The notes: generated by a model not told the origin, from the letters alone. A stretch of DNA of 64,000 bases from Guillardia theta CCMP2712 (GCF_000315625.1 NW_005434672.1:775374-839373), one strand, 5' to 3'. Counted from the first letter of the stretch, positions 40,684-54,900 are shown. Numbers and translations are program-made.

Positions 40684-41500
40684 GTGGTCGTTGTTGTCCA
40701 CCACCACCATCATCGCGTCCTCTATCTCTGGCGCCTTCCTCCTCTCCGTCGGGCTCGCGTTCGTGTTGCGCAAGAGGAAGGGCATGGCCAAGCCGCTGAA
40801 AGTAGACGCGAGCCTGGCGGGCCCTTCCCCTCCCCCGGGCCTCCATCGCCGGTGCTGCAGGGCAACTCAGAGGCCGAAACCTCCACCCTCTGGTTGGGGC
40901 CAGACCAGATCGTCAACCTTACCTTGCAGATCATCACAAGCCCGAACCGCCACCGGTCTGAGCTGAGCTCCGCGTTGCCTGCTGAGGGGACCGACAGCAA
41001 CAGCATTCGCATTGACATCCCCTCCCGTGACTCGCCTGACGCGACCGCCCGAGATTCACGAGACATGGACGAGATCACTCAAGTCGTTGCCATCCCTCCC
41101 CAGCTGCTCCACCAGCACCAGCACCAGCACCAGCACCAGGAGCATCGGCAAGTGCTCATGCCGCAGCAGCCTCAGCAGCAGATCACATCCCGAAAGGTCC
41201 AGCAGATCGAAGTCTTGCCGCTTGAGAACGAGGAGGAGAAGGGAGGAAAGAGAGAGGAAAGAGGGAAGAAAGAAGAGAAGGAGGAGGAGAAGGCAATTCA
41301 GCATGTGGAGGGGCTACAAGAAGCGGAAAAGATAAAAGAGACACTAGAGGATGGAGGGGAAGGGGCGAGGAGCGAGGCAACACCGAGCGAAGGTAAAGAG
41401 CTTGAGAGTACCGGGATCTCAACAAATTCGTCATCGTGCCGGAGAATGTGTGCGGGAATGAAATCTTGCCGCCGCAGTGACTCCTCCTCACGCATGTGCG
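40684..41500 (+). CDS. Possible single-pass membrane low-complexity protein (uncertain)
   Basis: TM-like IIASSISGAFLLSVGLAFVL followed by RKRK (ORF 40691) and a Q/E-rich ORF 40684; no clear start or splice model. Confidence 0.3.
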
Positions 41501-42180
41501 AACATCTCTCGTGCGTCCGCTTAGATCTGTTGCAGTGCGGCCAGTGCCCTTTTCGAGTCTTGGCAGTACAGGAGATACCACCCATACTTTGCATTCTCTG
41601 TTGTCCAGGAGGGGTTATACTTCAGAGAGCTAGCCTGAAACGTCAGATCCCTTGCCGTGCTGTCTTTGTTATGGAAAGTGAAGACCATAGCTCCTCTTGC
41701 TGCCCACTCCTGGCCTGGAAAGAGCATGGAGTTCATGACCTAGCAAGCAGTTGTAACCCGGCTTGTGGTGCTCGAGACGGTAATGAACGATTTCATAAGT
41801 TATGTCTCTTTTTCTAGTCTCCATGTTCGGAGTAAACTACATGAAGTGACCTCGTGATCCCATAGCGACGGGACACGTTCATGCTGACCCATCAACCCTC
41901 TTCAGATCCTTCTGACGTATCCAAGTGCCAGAGACTAACACACATCCTTGCACATCTACTTCTACTCGGCATATTCGCATCGCGCACGTGATCAATACTA
42001 TCTCGCTGTCAGCATCACTGCGTTTGTGATAGACCAGATGTGCGCACCCGCATAGAACGTACAGCAACAGGAACTTAAATTGTGGATTAGAAATTTTACC
42101 TTTCACTTATCAAAGGTTTATTTTCTGTTTTCCAACAGGTATCTTTATCAATTTTTTCATGTTTCAGCACTATCAGTCGA

Positions 42181-42693
42181 TTACAAATACAGGGTGAAGA
42201 TCGGAGCAACTGCCCTGCCTTCCTCGCCTCTCGTGATTTGAACTCCGACCTGACGATTTCGCAGTCTTCGTGAGATGTTTCTTCTCTCTGAATTTGAGAC
42301 CTGTCCCGCATCATTGAGTCTGCTGTTCAACGAGTTTGTGCGAGGAAGAGTTAATTCACGGCTTGGCTGCTCGCCAGCTGCACTCCCAGTCTCTATGCAA
42401 GACACTGAATGTCTCCTCCTAGTGTTCGATCGCCGGGAGCCGGCTGTCGGAGACGTAGTCTCGAAAGAAGGCTGATCATCATCTCCTCTCGGAGCAGGTC
42501 GCAAGAATCTTTGTGGTGGAGGATGCAAGGCTGCGTATCGCTGAGAGACCTTCTCCTCCTTGTGGACCTTCGGCAGCGTCATTTCGATCTCGACCTCTTC
42601 CTCCAGGGCGAGCTCAATGTCGGTGCAAACCATGCACATCTTCTTGCTGCTCTCCGGCACCTCACGACGCTCACGTTGCTCGCGCACAGTCAT
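42181..42693 (-). CDS. Hypothetical protein, 170 aa
   Basis: ATG-initiated ORF with a tttataaa motif about 110 nt upstream; no recognised domain. Confidence 0.4.
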   Translation of the reverse strand: MTVREQRERREVPESSKKMCMVCTDIELALEEEVEIEMTLPKVHKEEKVSQRYAALHPPPQRFLRPAPRGDDDQPSFETTSPTAGSRRSNTRRRHSVSCIETGSAAGEQPSRELTLPRTNSLNSRLNDAGQVSNSERRNISRRLRNRQVGVQITRGEEGRAVAPIFTLYL

Positions 42694-43276
42694 GCTTGTC
42701 TTGAATGTCTTGATGTAAACTTTGTTCCTGTCAAGCCCTCTCCTGCTGTCTGCCGTGTAATGTTCCTCGCGTCGTTCCTCGCGTCACCACCTCCTCTCAG
42801 GCTTTATAAATCACACGACCACCCCAGTACCCACCATTCTTCTGGTCTATCACCGGGTAGTCCCGGGGTCACCACTGCGACTGTCCCGACACTTGCGGTG
42901 GTGTCCTCCGAAGGAGCCGCTGAAGGGGCTGGAAGGATGCAGTATGAGGGCGATGAGTTAGGGGAGTAGTATGGGGGCTTACAGGATAGTTCACTTGCGA
43001 GGCCCACGGACCGCCCGGTATCAACTACCGTGATTGTTTCTGTAAAAGAGCCGTTTCGTCATGACCGTGGAAAGTTCGGCGCCTTCTGTGACTGTTCTTC
43101 ACGTGACTGACCGCGTGACCACCGCATCCTCTCATCACTTGGTCTGTTCATGGTTAACTTGTGCGCCCCCTTCAAGGCCCGGATGATCTCGGACCCGGAG
43201 TACCAAACTCGGGCCCCCGCCGGGGCCGGCTTGAAGCCCCGGCGGAACTTCAGCCCGGCGGGAACTTGGTTAAACT

Positions 43277-43360
43277 TTTACTCAAAGTTAAGTTAAAAAT
43301 CAGTACGAGGACAATCAGGATAAACTAATAACAGCCTCTTTTACTCAAAGTTAAGTTAAA
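43277..43360 (-). repeat. Dispersed ~43-bp element, copy 2, plus a nearby partial direct copy
   Basis: tttactcaaagttaagttaaaaatcagtacgaggacaatcagg (43277-43319); ttttactcaaagttaagttaaa repeated at 43339-43360. Confidence 0.85.
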
Positions 43361-43400
43361 ACTTGGTTAGTCCGATCAGGTCCGACGGGCGGCCGATGCC

Positions 43401-44413
43401 ATGAGTATGGGCATGCTGCAAGAGTCGAGTTGGCAAGGGCAAGGAGGGAGCCGAGGAGGAGGATGGGGAGAGAGGGGGGCGGGTGTAAGCAGAAGAATTT
43501 TAACAGATCTCAGAGGTAGGGGATGGCGTATGGAGCATGAGAGCTTGCCGTCACGAGCTTCCATTGCTGTCTGTCCTCTTTCATCTGTGGGCTCCTCTCG
43601 AGCGAGGGAAGGGTTGCGCTTGAGGGGCGGGAGCATGATGAATCTTCCCGCCTTGGCAGCTTCTCTTGAGTTCTGCATCTATGGTCTTGTCTGGGCTTCA
43701 TGCTCGATTGCTACCTTCAGGTGCGCGCACTCCGACGAGCCTGGGAGCATGTCGGCAGTCTCTCTGCAAGTCGCTCTGTCTGTGATCGTGGGGATGATGC
43801 TGGCGGGCTTGTCGGACAACATTCCTGTCATGGAGACTGTCCTGCATCTACCAGAGGTCTCCAGCCACTCCAGCTCCACAGCCTCTCCGCCTGACTCCGC
43901 TGTTCAGATGACCGTTGTTCGCTCGCTCGGGTGTGTGGTGCTTGCGATCGAGTTGTTGTATGTGAGCCTCCTCCTTGTTCCTCGGCAGCGCGTGTGCGCG
44001 CTGGGTTGACGCAACGTGCAGGCGTTCGGGCCCCTCGGCCTTGATGGCGAGCGGTTCTATCAAGCGCTGGACCCTCTCATGACTTTCCTCGTGGGCAACT
44101 TGTTCTTTAGCGGAGAGAAGGCGAGTTGGCTGCCTTTTGCCACCTGGGGGGCTGAGCGACTGCGCAGGTTGCGAAGAGGGTGAACACAGGGATTGTCCCC
44201 GTCATGCTCGTCACTGCCGCCTTCCCTTCCTCGAGCGTCGTCTACCAGTTCATGGCCGCCGTCTCCATGCTATTGGGTCCCCCGCTCCACTTCTACAGAC
44301 GTCGTTGGGACTTTCTGACTCTGCAGACTCTGACATGTGTGGCAGTTTACCAGCAAGTGGATAGCCTCGAGGGAGAGGACACGAGGCTGAAGGGAGCTGG
44401 AGGGGCGGGCTGA
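43401..44413 (+). CDS. LRLRGG-motif multi-pass membrane protein of unknown function
   Basis: VCPLS...GLRLRGGSMM followed by several hydrophobic exons; short introns include a probable GC-AG intron at 44121-44167. Confidence 0.6.
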
Positions 44414-44502
44414 GCAACGAGTCGTGGGATGTGTACATAGAGGATGATGAACTCTCATCAGGCATGTATGATAATAGAGGTCAGTCTCTGCCATGACATG
44501 CA

Positions 44503-47142
44503 TCAGTTTGATGGGGCGAGGAAGCCCAGCATCGTGTTTGTGTCCTTCAAGTCTTTGTCGACGATGTCCGTGAGATGTCTTATCCCCTGCAAGAAACGTA
44601 GTGAGATGACAAGGAGCGTCGGGGAATGTTACCTTCAGCCTGTGCTCCAGAAACTCGTCCAATCGCTCAAGAGCTCCCTGATTCAGCATGTTCACAGGCT
44701 GCCAGCTCAGAGCACGGAGGACGAGGGGCAAGGAGAGCAGGGAGGAGGGGACACTGTCGTCCTAGTACCTCATCGCATGCGCTGGAAGGGATTGCCCGTT
44801 GCTTCAATCTCTTCCTATCCTGTTGATCGCCCAGGTCAGTCAAAGACTTGAGTCCATCTTCGAGTACCTGCATGCGCAGCTCGGCCATCAGCTCCTCCAG
44901 CCGCTGAAGTTTCTTCTGAAGCATCGCAGACCCTGAAAGAACGAGGAAAGTCAGGAGCGTCCTCTTGGGGAGCCCTCGCCGACCTAACAACTGATGTAGG
45001 TGATCGCTCCTGTCATTGAGGATCTAGAATATCTTCGGGTTATCCTTGGTAACTGCATGCGGTCCACCCTCACCCGTCTCTCTTCTTCTTCTTGCCTGCT
45101 GGGCATAGTTGTTGGCTGCCGTTGCATCTCAAGTTTTCGCATGATCTCTAGCGTCCGCCTTCCCAGCTCAACCTGGCATCGAGCTATATTAGCTTGGTTC
45201 CAAAGATTCGTATTCATGCATACCTGCTTAGCTCGTCTCTGCGCAAGCATCTTGGGGAACTCGACAGCCTGAAACTCTCTCATGCGATTTACTTGCTGCT
45301 CGAAGCTCTGCAAAGACAGTCACAAATCTTTGGATGAGCGGACAAGCCTTTCAACCTGCAGCACCGCGTTCTGCTCAGCAATCTTGTCGTCTTGCATTTT
45401 GACCCTCCGTAGGAGCTGGTGGAAGCCTACGATGGGAAGGACGCAATACTTGTAGGGATTGGGATTTTCCTGCAGCACTTTGAAAACATCGAGAGGAAAG
45501 TCACTTCTCACCTGAAGTTTTGACTGGAAAAGAGGATCATTAGGAGAAGACAAAGCTGTCTGATTGAGGCCATGGCGCTCATCGGCTGGAAGCCTCATTT
45601 GTGCCTTTCACAGTTGTCGATTAGTATGCTTATCGGCATCTTCATGCTCATCACCTGCGTCAAAGGCTGCAGGACGTAATGCCTCAATCTGCAATGTGAG
45701 TTGTCAACGTCTGGTTTCCATTCTGATGTTTTCCATTGATTCTCTACAGTGTCCGGCATCTTGTCCATGACTTTTTGAGGATCACGGTTGTCTACCGTCT
45801 CAGCTGAAAATCGTGGCATCAGGGCAGCTTTCACCATGTTTTGATCCTGTGCCACGTCAGTAAAATCCCACACAGGTTGAACAATCACATTTGCGTTCAA
45901 AGTAGAAATCTTCTTCTCTACGTCTGCTGGCCCGAGATTGGGATTCTTGAGCTCATTTACAAGGTTGTCATACGGACGAAAGCGTCCCTCCCTAGCCATT
46001 TTACCATTCATGGTCAAGACTGCTGGGTCCCATGGGTTCCATGATATGAACTGAACGTTCAAAGCCTGATACACTTCTGCTGCTTCTTCACTAAGAACTT
46101 TCTGACCAACATCTTGACCAGCCTCGTTTCTTTCACGCTCATTGATGATGTGGCTCCCAAGGAAATTGCCCATCCCTTCAATCGGTTGCACCAGGAATGC
46201 AAGATCTCCAGCATGATGCTGCGCCACGGCCTTGGTGAGAAATGCACAAGACGCATCAACAAAGGATTGTATGAAATTACCTGTTGTGGGACACTCCACG
46301 CAGCTGATGCATTAGTTCCACCTGAGACGTGAAGTAATCATATCGATATACTAGAAACATGGAGTGAAACAGATTTGAGTAGAGAATAGGTACCGGCAGC
46401 AGGATTTGACGCGCCACCCAAGCCTTCACATGGTCAGGTGTACCACCAGCCAAACAAAAAGAATATACCTGTGGATGCTCCGAACCCTCCTCCTGTCGAC
46501 GCCCCGAAACCTCCTCCTGTCGACGCCCCGAAACCTCCTCCTGTCGACGCCCCGAACCCTCCCCCTGTCGACGCCCCGAAACCTCCTCCTGTCGACGCCC
46601 CGAAACCTCCTCCTGTCGACGCCCCGAAACCTCCTCCTGTCGACGCCCCGAACCCTCCCCCTGTCGACGCCCCGAAACCTCCCCCTGTCGACGCCCCGAA
46701 CCCTCCCCCTGTCGACGCCCCGAAACCTCCCCCTGTCGACGCCCCGAACCCTCCCCCTGTCGACGCCCCGAACCCTCCCCCTGTCGACGCCCCGAACCCT
46801 CCTCCTGTCGACGCCCCGAACCCTCCTCCTGTTGACGCCCCGAAACCTCCTCCTGTTGACGCCCCGAACCCTCCTCCTGTCGACGCCCCGAACCCTCCTC
46901 CTGTTGACGCCCCGAACCCTCCCCCTGTCGATGCTCCAAAGCCAAAGGAAGAAGTTGGCTTTGCTGCTCCAAACGTGGATCCGGCCGCGGAGGAGCCGAA
47001 CCCTCCTCCTGTCGACTGGTTGGCTCCAAACCCAGCTCCGAATCCTTCGAGAGAAATCAATTTCCAAATGTAGCGACAGAGAGTTCAAATGAAATGTATT
47101 CCCAACACCAGGCTCGACCTGCCTCCAAGTACCAAACTGCAT
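44503..47142 (-). CDS. NUP54: FG-nucleoporin, Nup54/Nup57-like
   Basis: N-terminal GGGFGAST repeats; ENPNPYKYCVLPIVGFHQLLRRVKMQ; C-terminal coiled coils ending GIRHLTDIVDKDLKD. Confidence 0.8.
46470..46925 (-). repeat. 24-bp coding minisatellite, 19 units encoding GGGFGAST
   Basis: Counted from ORF 46434..47060: 152 aa = 19 x 8. Confidence 0.95.
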
Positions 47143-48234
47143 CGCGAGTAACCTCGCTCAGCCGTGACATCATTCTCTTTCTCTGCTCTTTTCTCTAGAA
47201 CACCTTGAGCCAAGTCTCTCTCGCTCCCTCTCTATCTATCAGTCTGCATTCTGAGTAAATTCAGCCCACGCACGTGATCCAGGGATTGGAAAGCTCGTCC
47301 TTCGTCACCGCCACCTCTGTTGGCTTCAATCCTTCACTGCCTCCATACACATTCCAACTGCTAGTCTATCAAAAATCATTCTATTGCTGCTCATGTCATC
47401 CGTTCCTACCATCGCCACTGCCGCTTGCATTACTGGATCCCAAGCACATGGCAGTTTTGCCCCACTCGTGTCGTGCCCCTACACTTGTTGCCTCGTTCGC
47501 TCCTCCCGTCTCACTCCTTCTGATGTCTCACTATCTCGCTTGCTTGCTGAAACTGTTCTACCCTCTCCCTCCTCTCTCCCATCCTCCTCCTCCCCACTCC
47601 TCCGGCATACCTGCTCCGAAGTTCATTGCCGCTCTTCCAACCACCCCTACTCCCCCTTCTGCTCCAAGCCCCAGATGCGAACTACCCTACGGTCCTTGGG
47701 GCTTTCTACGAGATACCCCCTACCTCTCATTAGAACCTAAAATGACCCCACAAATGCCAGTCAATGGACCCCTACCTTTTTCAATCACCCCTACATCAAC
47801 CACCCTACCGTGCCCTCCAAATTTTTGAAACCATGAGCGGGGATGAGGGTGACTGACCGGTATGAGGGGGATGAGTAAGACATAGGTGGGATGAGGGCAC
47901 CATCCAGAAATAGAGCAAATCGGCTGACTACCCCTCAAAGTCTGGTCTACCGTACCCCTGCTTTGTACATGTACTCTACCATGCTTGGATGCCAGGGATC
48001 GAAAACCAGTGCAGACGACTGGGGACGGGAAGGAGCAGAGGAGGGAAAAGCAGCAAAAGATCTTGTTCGATACGTACAGCAGCAGTCTCTAGCAAGAGGG
48101 GGAGAGGGAGCGCAGGAAAGTCAACCATTGAGGGGATTTTCCTCATTTCATGTTGAAGTGCGGTCAGACAGGATTGTAGTTTGTCTGGGCTGGAATTTCT
48201 TGTTGCAAAATATTGACCATGTTTTCTAGCAGGT

Positions 48235-51096
48235 ATGAACATTGTCTACGTACCGGCTGCCCAGGCACCTGAGGTATTGACGTGAAATGTGGCCAAATTC
48301 CGACTGAGCGTGGAAACTTGCAGGGCTACTACACATTCGAGTTACCCCTGATCCGTCGGAGGAGCTCGAGGAGCAAGAAAGCTCTTCTTGCCGCATGTGG
48401 GTCAGTCGCTATAGCCGCATGCGTGCTTTTGCTTTCCGGGGCAAGCACGAGGATGGAGGCGTTGACCAAGTGGGCAAAGACGTCGATTGTTGGCGACGCA
48501 AACATGTTAGCAACTTGGCGCAAGAGCAGAAGCAGCTTCTTGATGCAGCTCCCTGAGGAGTACCCGGAATCAGTCAAAAAGGCCATGAACTTCAGCCAAG
48601 ACCCCTGCGATAACTTCTTCGAGTTCTCTTGCGGAAGCTGGGTAGCACAGGCCCAGATCCCTCCCTCGCAAGGCGGGATTGCAATGGCGTGGGACGAGGC
48701 CGAAGACAAGTCATACGAGACCCTGCACTCGTTGATGTTGAAAGATTATCCTCAAGACTCCAAGTTTCGCAAGGTTCAGGATTGGTTTCATTCCTGCATG
48801 GATACGGAAAGGGTTGAGAGTTTGCATGCCCAACCCTTGCGTCCGTGGTTGGCGGTGGTAGACGGGATCAAGAACCATGAGCAACTTTGGGATGCCATGG
48901 TGAAGTTGCAGCTCTGGAGCATTCCAACTCCCATCAGCCTGCAGGTGACTACCGATGAGAAGGACCCGTCGGTGAACGACCTCTTCCTCGATGCTGGCGG
49001 GCTGATCCTGCCTGACGCCACCTACTACGATGATGAGGATGCAGACTCAGTCGCGGCCATGCAGTCTCTGAAGGAGTATGTCCATCGCATCGTGAAGCTT
49101 TCGGGTTACTCTGATGTCGAGGCGGAAGAGGCTGCCAACAGAACTCTTGAGATCGAGATGGCCTTCTCTGAAGCACAGTTCGAAGAGCCCGCCAAGGACC
49201 TTGACGACGGTTTCGACCATTACAACCTGACCCAGCTGGAGCAAAACTCTCCGCACATCCCCTGGGCCAAGTACTTTGCCGGGCTCAAGGCGGGTTGCGA
49301 GAGAGCAGGGGTCACATGCCTGTCAGATTTGAACGAGGGGAGGAAGAAGATCGTTTTAGACTCTCCTGTCTTCTACAGCACCCTCTCAGAAATGTTTGCC
49401 AACAATTCTGCTGAATACTGGGTCCCATACTTGCGAACGCATGTGATCTACAACCTGTCGCCGCTGCTCTCCTCCAACTTCCTGAACGCCACGTTCAAGC
49501 TGGATGCCGAGCTCGAGGGCACGGAAACTTTGCCGCCGCGATGGAAGAAATGTGTCGCAGCTGTCAAACACGCTCTGCCAGGGTTGACGGATCAGCTTTA
49601 CATCCAGTCGGTCTTCCCACCCAAAGCCAAGCAAGACGCTGAGCAGATGATGGAGCAGCTCCGAGATTCTTTTATCGAAAACTTGGAGCATGTGTCGTGG
49701 ATGGACAACGAGGCAAGAAGCCAGTGGAGGCTGTTGTTGTGCGTGACAAGCCATCCTTGCAGACCAAGACTGCTGCGTTGGAGAAGGCCAAGAACATCGA
49801 GTTCAACATCGGCTCCCCCTCTTCGTGGTGCTTGATTGTGTTTCTGTGAATGCCGTGGACCAGCAGTCTGACGTTGCGCAGGTCAAAGATTTTGCAAGAC
49901 TACCCCGTCTCGGCGCAGAGCTACTTCAACAACAGCATGCAAGCATATCATCGCCAGCAGATCCACATGCTCAGCAAAGTGGACAAGAAGGTAGACAGGA
50001 AAGAATGGAGTATGCGTGCTAGCACTGTAAATGCATACTACGACAACGGCGTCACGTCTCTCTTTGTGCCAGCAGCAGTGCTGCAGGTAGGCAAAGCCCA
50101 GACAGGGAGCGATGTTGACGCTGGTGCAGCCGCCCTTCTTCAGTGATACCTACAAGGCCGTGCGAAACTTTGGGGGGATCGGGTAGGAGGATGGCAGCCG
50201 GCAGCCATGGATCTGACGCCTCGTGGCAGCTGTGTGATGGGACATGAGTTCACACATGGCTTCGATAACACGGGGAGAAAGTTCGACGCGCACTCTCGCA
50301 TGCGGGAGTGGTGGCAGAAGCCTGTAGTGTCGGTAGACTGCTGCTCTCTTCTTGTCTTGCAGGTTGACCTTGCTGAGCAGCGCTTCCGGGAACACTCTCA
50401 CTGCATCGAGAAGCTCTACGACAACTTCGAGATCGCGGGCGAGAACGGTAAGGCCCCAGCCGCACATGAGGACGTTTGCTTATGGCCGGGCAGTCGATGG
50501 GAACGGGACGCTGGGGGAGAACATCGCAGACATGGGGGGGCTGAAGATTTCGCTGCGAGCATGGGAGCACTTGCACACACAGGTAACTTTGACGCGCATG
50601 TGCGAATTGTGAGTCACCAGGATGGCAGACACACGGCGCTCCTCCGAGCCTGCAAGAGCAGCGACTCTTCTTTGTCAGGTACCGTCGAGGAGAACGAGGC
50701 CCGCCGTCCTAACTGCTCTGCTCTGCAGCTTCGCTCAGAACTGGTGCGACAAGAACAGGCAGAAGGCTGAGGAGCAGGTGCCTTTCCCACCTGGTGCCTC
50801 GTCGATCCTCTAACGTTGACCCGCCCCAGACCGTCTTGACGGACGAGCATAGTCCCAACATCTTCCGTGTCAACGGGCCCGTGTCTCAGAACCCTGACTT
50901 CGCCCAGGCCTTCGGTTTGCGTTTCTTGCCCGATCCGTCTTGCACTGAGCATGAGGCTGCAGGATGCCCCGTTGGTTCGCCCATGAACCCCAACCACAGG
51001 TGTGTCCTCTGGAAGGACGTTGCGCCCTCCGAGGAGCTGCTCTTCCGCAAGCTTGAGAAGGACCGCAAGCTCCGAGCCTTGCGGTCGGACAGATAG
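48235..51096 (+). CDS. Peptidase M13 (neprilysin/endothelin-converting enzyme family), type II membrane anchor
   Basis: [28 protein letters not shown] (HExxH), [37 protein letters not shown]. Confidence 0.95.
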
Positions 51097-51981
51097 ATCA
51101 TCAATAGTCACTCCCCGCCGCTGCTCTACCATCAGTCCTTGTCTTCCTCACCAGATCTTGATGCTTCTGGAGGCTGAGTCCCCGGCTTCCGAAGCTGGGC
51201 TAGGCTTCTGTTTCAAGCTGTACATATGTATCTTGCCTTGAGGTTACTTAACAGTAATGAAAGTCACATTCACTGTAACGGGGTGGGCGGGGCCGTGCTG
51301 AGCCACAGCCTGTATCATGAACGGTGCCGGACTCGGAGGCTCATCAGGACAGGCTGCCACACCATGGCAAAGATTCATTCGGCCGCACTCGCGCCGGCAC
51401 GGTGAAGCTGCTGGGGCACCGGCGCCGGGCCCCGGGGGTCTGCCTGGGCACTGCCTGGGGTCGCGCAGGGGGTCGCGCCGCCGTGCCACGGTGTAGGTTG
51501 AAGGTGGGATGAGGGCTCCATACTGTTGACGAAGCCAGTTGAAGTCGAAGAGTTGGATCAGTCATCTATAACCGTTTTCCGTTACTCAAGACGAGGCGGC
51601 TTTTCGTGAGGAATGGCGGGTCAGTGCGCGGGGAGAGGACAGGAAGGGAGAGGGAAAAGGCGATGCCCGCGCCGAGATCATGGCGGGAGCCTGTAGGTCA
51701 CAACCAGAAACAAAGAATCTCCCCCCCTCGATAGCTCACCACTTGTCTCGCTCCTCCGCTGGTTAGGTGGAAGCCTCAAGCTTGCCGAGAGAGCAGGAGG
51801 GCTTGCCTCGAGTGCCTGCCCGCTATCGAGACACCAACGACCACTCGACCCGTTACTGACTCGAACACCAGAGAAGAAGTGCATCGTGTGAGTTCTGGGA
51901 AGGATGAGAGCCAGCTTTCCTGTTGCGTTCAGGCCTTTCGCCTGTGACCACCTTTCAACCTGATCCCGGCGTTGAGATGAC

Positions 51982-54900
51982 ATGAGGGAACGGAAAAAGC
52001 TCTTGTTCCTCGTATGTGCAAGCATCCTGTGCGTTGCACGTGCGCCATCACCTATCCTTCCCCAGCATATAACATCCGCTGATCCCTTCAACCCGGAGGC
52101 AGCATCGAGCTGGACCAATCAGGTTTATCCGCCTCAGTTCCAGGACAAGAATGGGCGGTGGCTTTACCTGCCGTCAGTGGGGACGCAGCCTTACATCTCG
52201 ATCTTCATCATCCAGTCGAGCGCCTGCGGCTACATGTATGTGAAGTCCAAGGCTGAACTCCCGACGTTGGGCTCGAGGATCCGACTTAGCGCCAACCTTG
52301 ACCTCGTCTTTTCTGTGCAGAAGGTATTTGATGGGGCGAAGCAACCTGCTGGGTCTGTGCTGGATTCTAGCGCAGCGTTTGCTTATGTCTGCAGCGCCGA
52401 CGGGAAGTCGTACAAGCTGAACAATGCTCCTGGACGATGGACGCTGGATTTGTTGTTACCGGCTCAGTATGGCCTTCCAGACCTCTCCGACACCGGTGTG
52501 GCGGCTCCGCCACAATTCTACGAGGTCGACACATCTCTGAATGCGACAGATCCTTTCCTTGTGTGTCCCAGAGCAAGCAACTGTCTAGCAGACACCCAGT
52601 TCGTATGTGACAAGTTCGGTTCAGACCTCTACTTCGCGATCCATTGCTCATGTCGACCGACCGAGTCTGCAAAGTCTTGGAACGGCTCGTTGATGAGCTT
52701 CTCTGACTCAAGTGACATCGTCGGTGCTCTCCCCCTTCGGGTGTGGACTTCTACTGCAAACACCGTGATAAGGTATACCACGGACGGCACCGATCCAAAT
52801 GAGGACTACGGGAATCTTGTTTATTCGGGGGATACAATATGTTTGAGCCACAGTGGGATCATCAAAGCTGTCAGCTACTTTCCAAGGATGCTGGGAGAGA
52901 CCGTGAGAAGGAGCAGGATCGCTCAGACCCCTTACACCATGATTCGGATGGTGGAGCCGAGGATGAGGATCTTGCCAGTGGGTCACTACCAAGAAATGCT
53001 TCAGCTTGTGAACGAGCCTTGCCCGCTGGATGGCAGCGGAGGTTATCTCTCAGTGCAGTTCGTTGATAGCTACAGGATTATGCGCAGCACAGGGTGCCCT
53101 ACTTATCCTGTCTCTGCAGGAACAGGGCCGGCTTTGGCTACTTACAGGAGCTGGGAATTTCACTTCCCATCGATTCCGACATTGATGAACGAATCGATGT
53201 TGGTTGTGAACCTTACAGGCATCATCGGGATTGCGATCAACGGAGTCCCCATGTTCGCTGCGCCGGATTCGCTCCAAGACTCTTCGTACCAGGAGGAATT
53301 GAGCCTCCGTGACAGTTGCGGAGGCTTGCCCTTCACAGTATCATGCGAGGCATCTTCCTGCTCGGACCCATCGAGTTTCAGCTACACCCTTGAAGGGCTG
53401 TATCACTATCGACCTTTTTCTCCTTGTCTCTTCACCAACGAATCGGATGGCCATTCTTCTCTTCTGGGCTTCAAGCTCGACGGGATCCCAGTCTACGGTC
53501 CCTTCCAGTCTGTGAATCAGTTTCCGAGCGACTTGGACGAATGCGGCGGGCATGTAGATCCTGTCCACAAGTTCTATCACTATCACGCCGTCCTTGACAG
53601 ACCTCAACTGATGAGTTGCTTCAAGGGATGTGTCACCGCAGACATGATCGTTCATCTGAATCCGCTCCTGGCTCAATCCCTTGGTTCACACTGCGTGCCT
53701 GCTGCAGTCCAGCATGTTCAGGCCTACACTTCCTTCCTCCATCGCCAGATTCCTGGGGCAGTGCTAGAGTCATCGCTGCTCTTCCCGGGGAACTACTCCA
53801 GCTACATGAGCGTGGAGATCTCGTGCTCGTCCTTCGAAGGGGTCGGGGTTGTTGTCTACAACGTGACCGGCAGCAAGTACCTCCGATGCGAGGCGATGGA
53901 CTGCGTCAAGGTAGTCGGGGAAAGCACGAGCGGGCGAGCTATCGGAAGAGCTCAGGTCGTTGTCTACGACAGGGCGGTCGTGTCTGCTCGGTGTGAAAGT
54001 CCAGGGTTGGAGCCAAGTCGCGTCTTGGCGACGCAGGAGCTCAAGGTTTACGACGTTGCGTTCAACCCACTGTGGGAGTCCACGAAGGGGCTGTGGAACT
54101 TCACGGATCGATCGACGTATCATGGGCTCTATCAGCGACAAAGGTCCATCGTGCAGGGGGGATGTACAGAGCTGTACGACACCGTCGTCTCCCCGTCGCT
54201 GGTGCTGGACTTGACCGGCAGGATGGGCGACCTCCTCTTATCCCCTCCGTCGTGCATCACGACAGCCCCTGTGTGGAATGCTCAGGACCAGCCCTCCCTC
54301 TTCAACATGACCTCCGACATGCTGGGACTGAGCGGCCTCGTCTTCGATCAAACCATCGCTGTCAACGGCCTCGTTGTCCCGTCGTCTGCCAGTGACCTCG
54401 TGGCCTCTGGGAAGCTCCCTCGCTCCTCGATGACGCTCGAGCTCTGGGTCGGTGGGGTGGACCTCTCCAAGGGCAGCGGGATCTTCTGTGGGATCGTGTC
54501 GTTGCGGCCTGGCTTCCTGGGGAAGGGTTGGTATGTGGGCTACGACGTGGTGAGAGTGGGAGTGGAGGACTTGGTTGAGATCTACTTCTCCATCTCCTCA
54601 GAGGGGAGCGATGTCCATGGGAGGGGAGGGCTGCGGACGGTCAGGAAGCGGTACCCGAGCTCGCTCCTCTCCGGATGGACCCATGTCGTGTGTGTTTACG
54701 ATGCATCTGAATTATTTTTGTACATTAACGGGGAGCTAGATGCAGTCCAGAAAGCATGCGATTCGGACTTCTGCGGGAATATAACTTACCCTGTCATCGA
54801 CAATCTATTCATCAAAGAGAATGTATACTTCTCTGTCGGAAAGTTACACCTTAACAACAAGAATGTATGGCTCAACGGCGTCTTCGGCTTGTTGAGGATC

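Noticed and set aside
46277-47142. Multiple overlapping long ORFs (RRQEEGSG, PPPVDAP, STPRNLLL) and a CRISPR-like look
   Set aside because: Stop-free 24-bp tandem repeat with no unique spacers; only the FG frame is biologically coherent.
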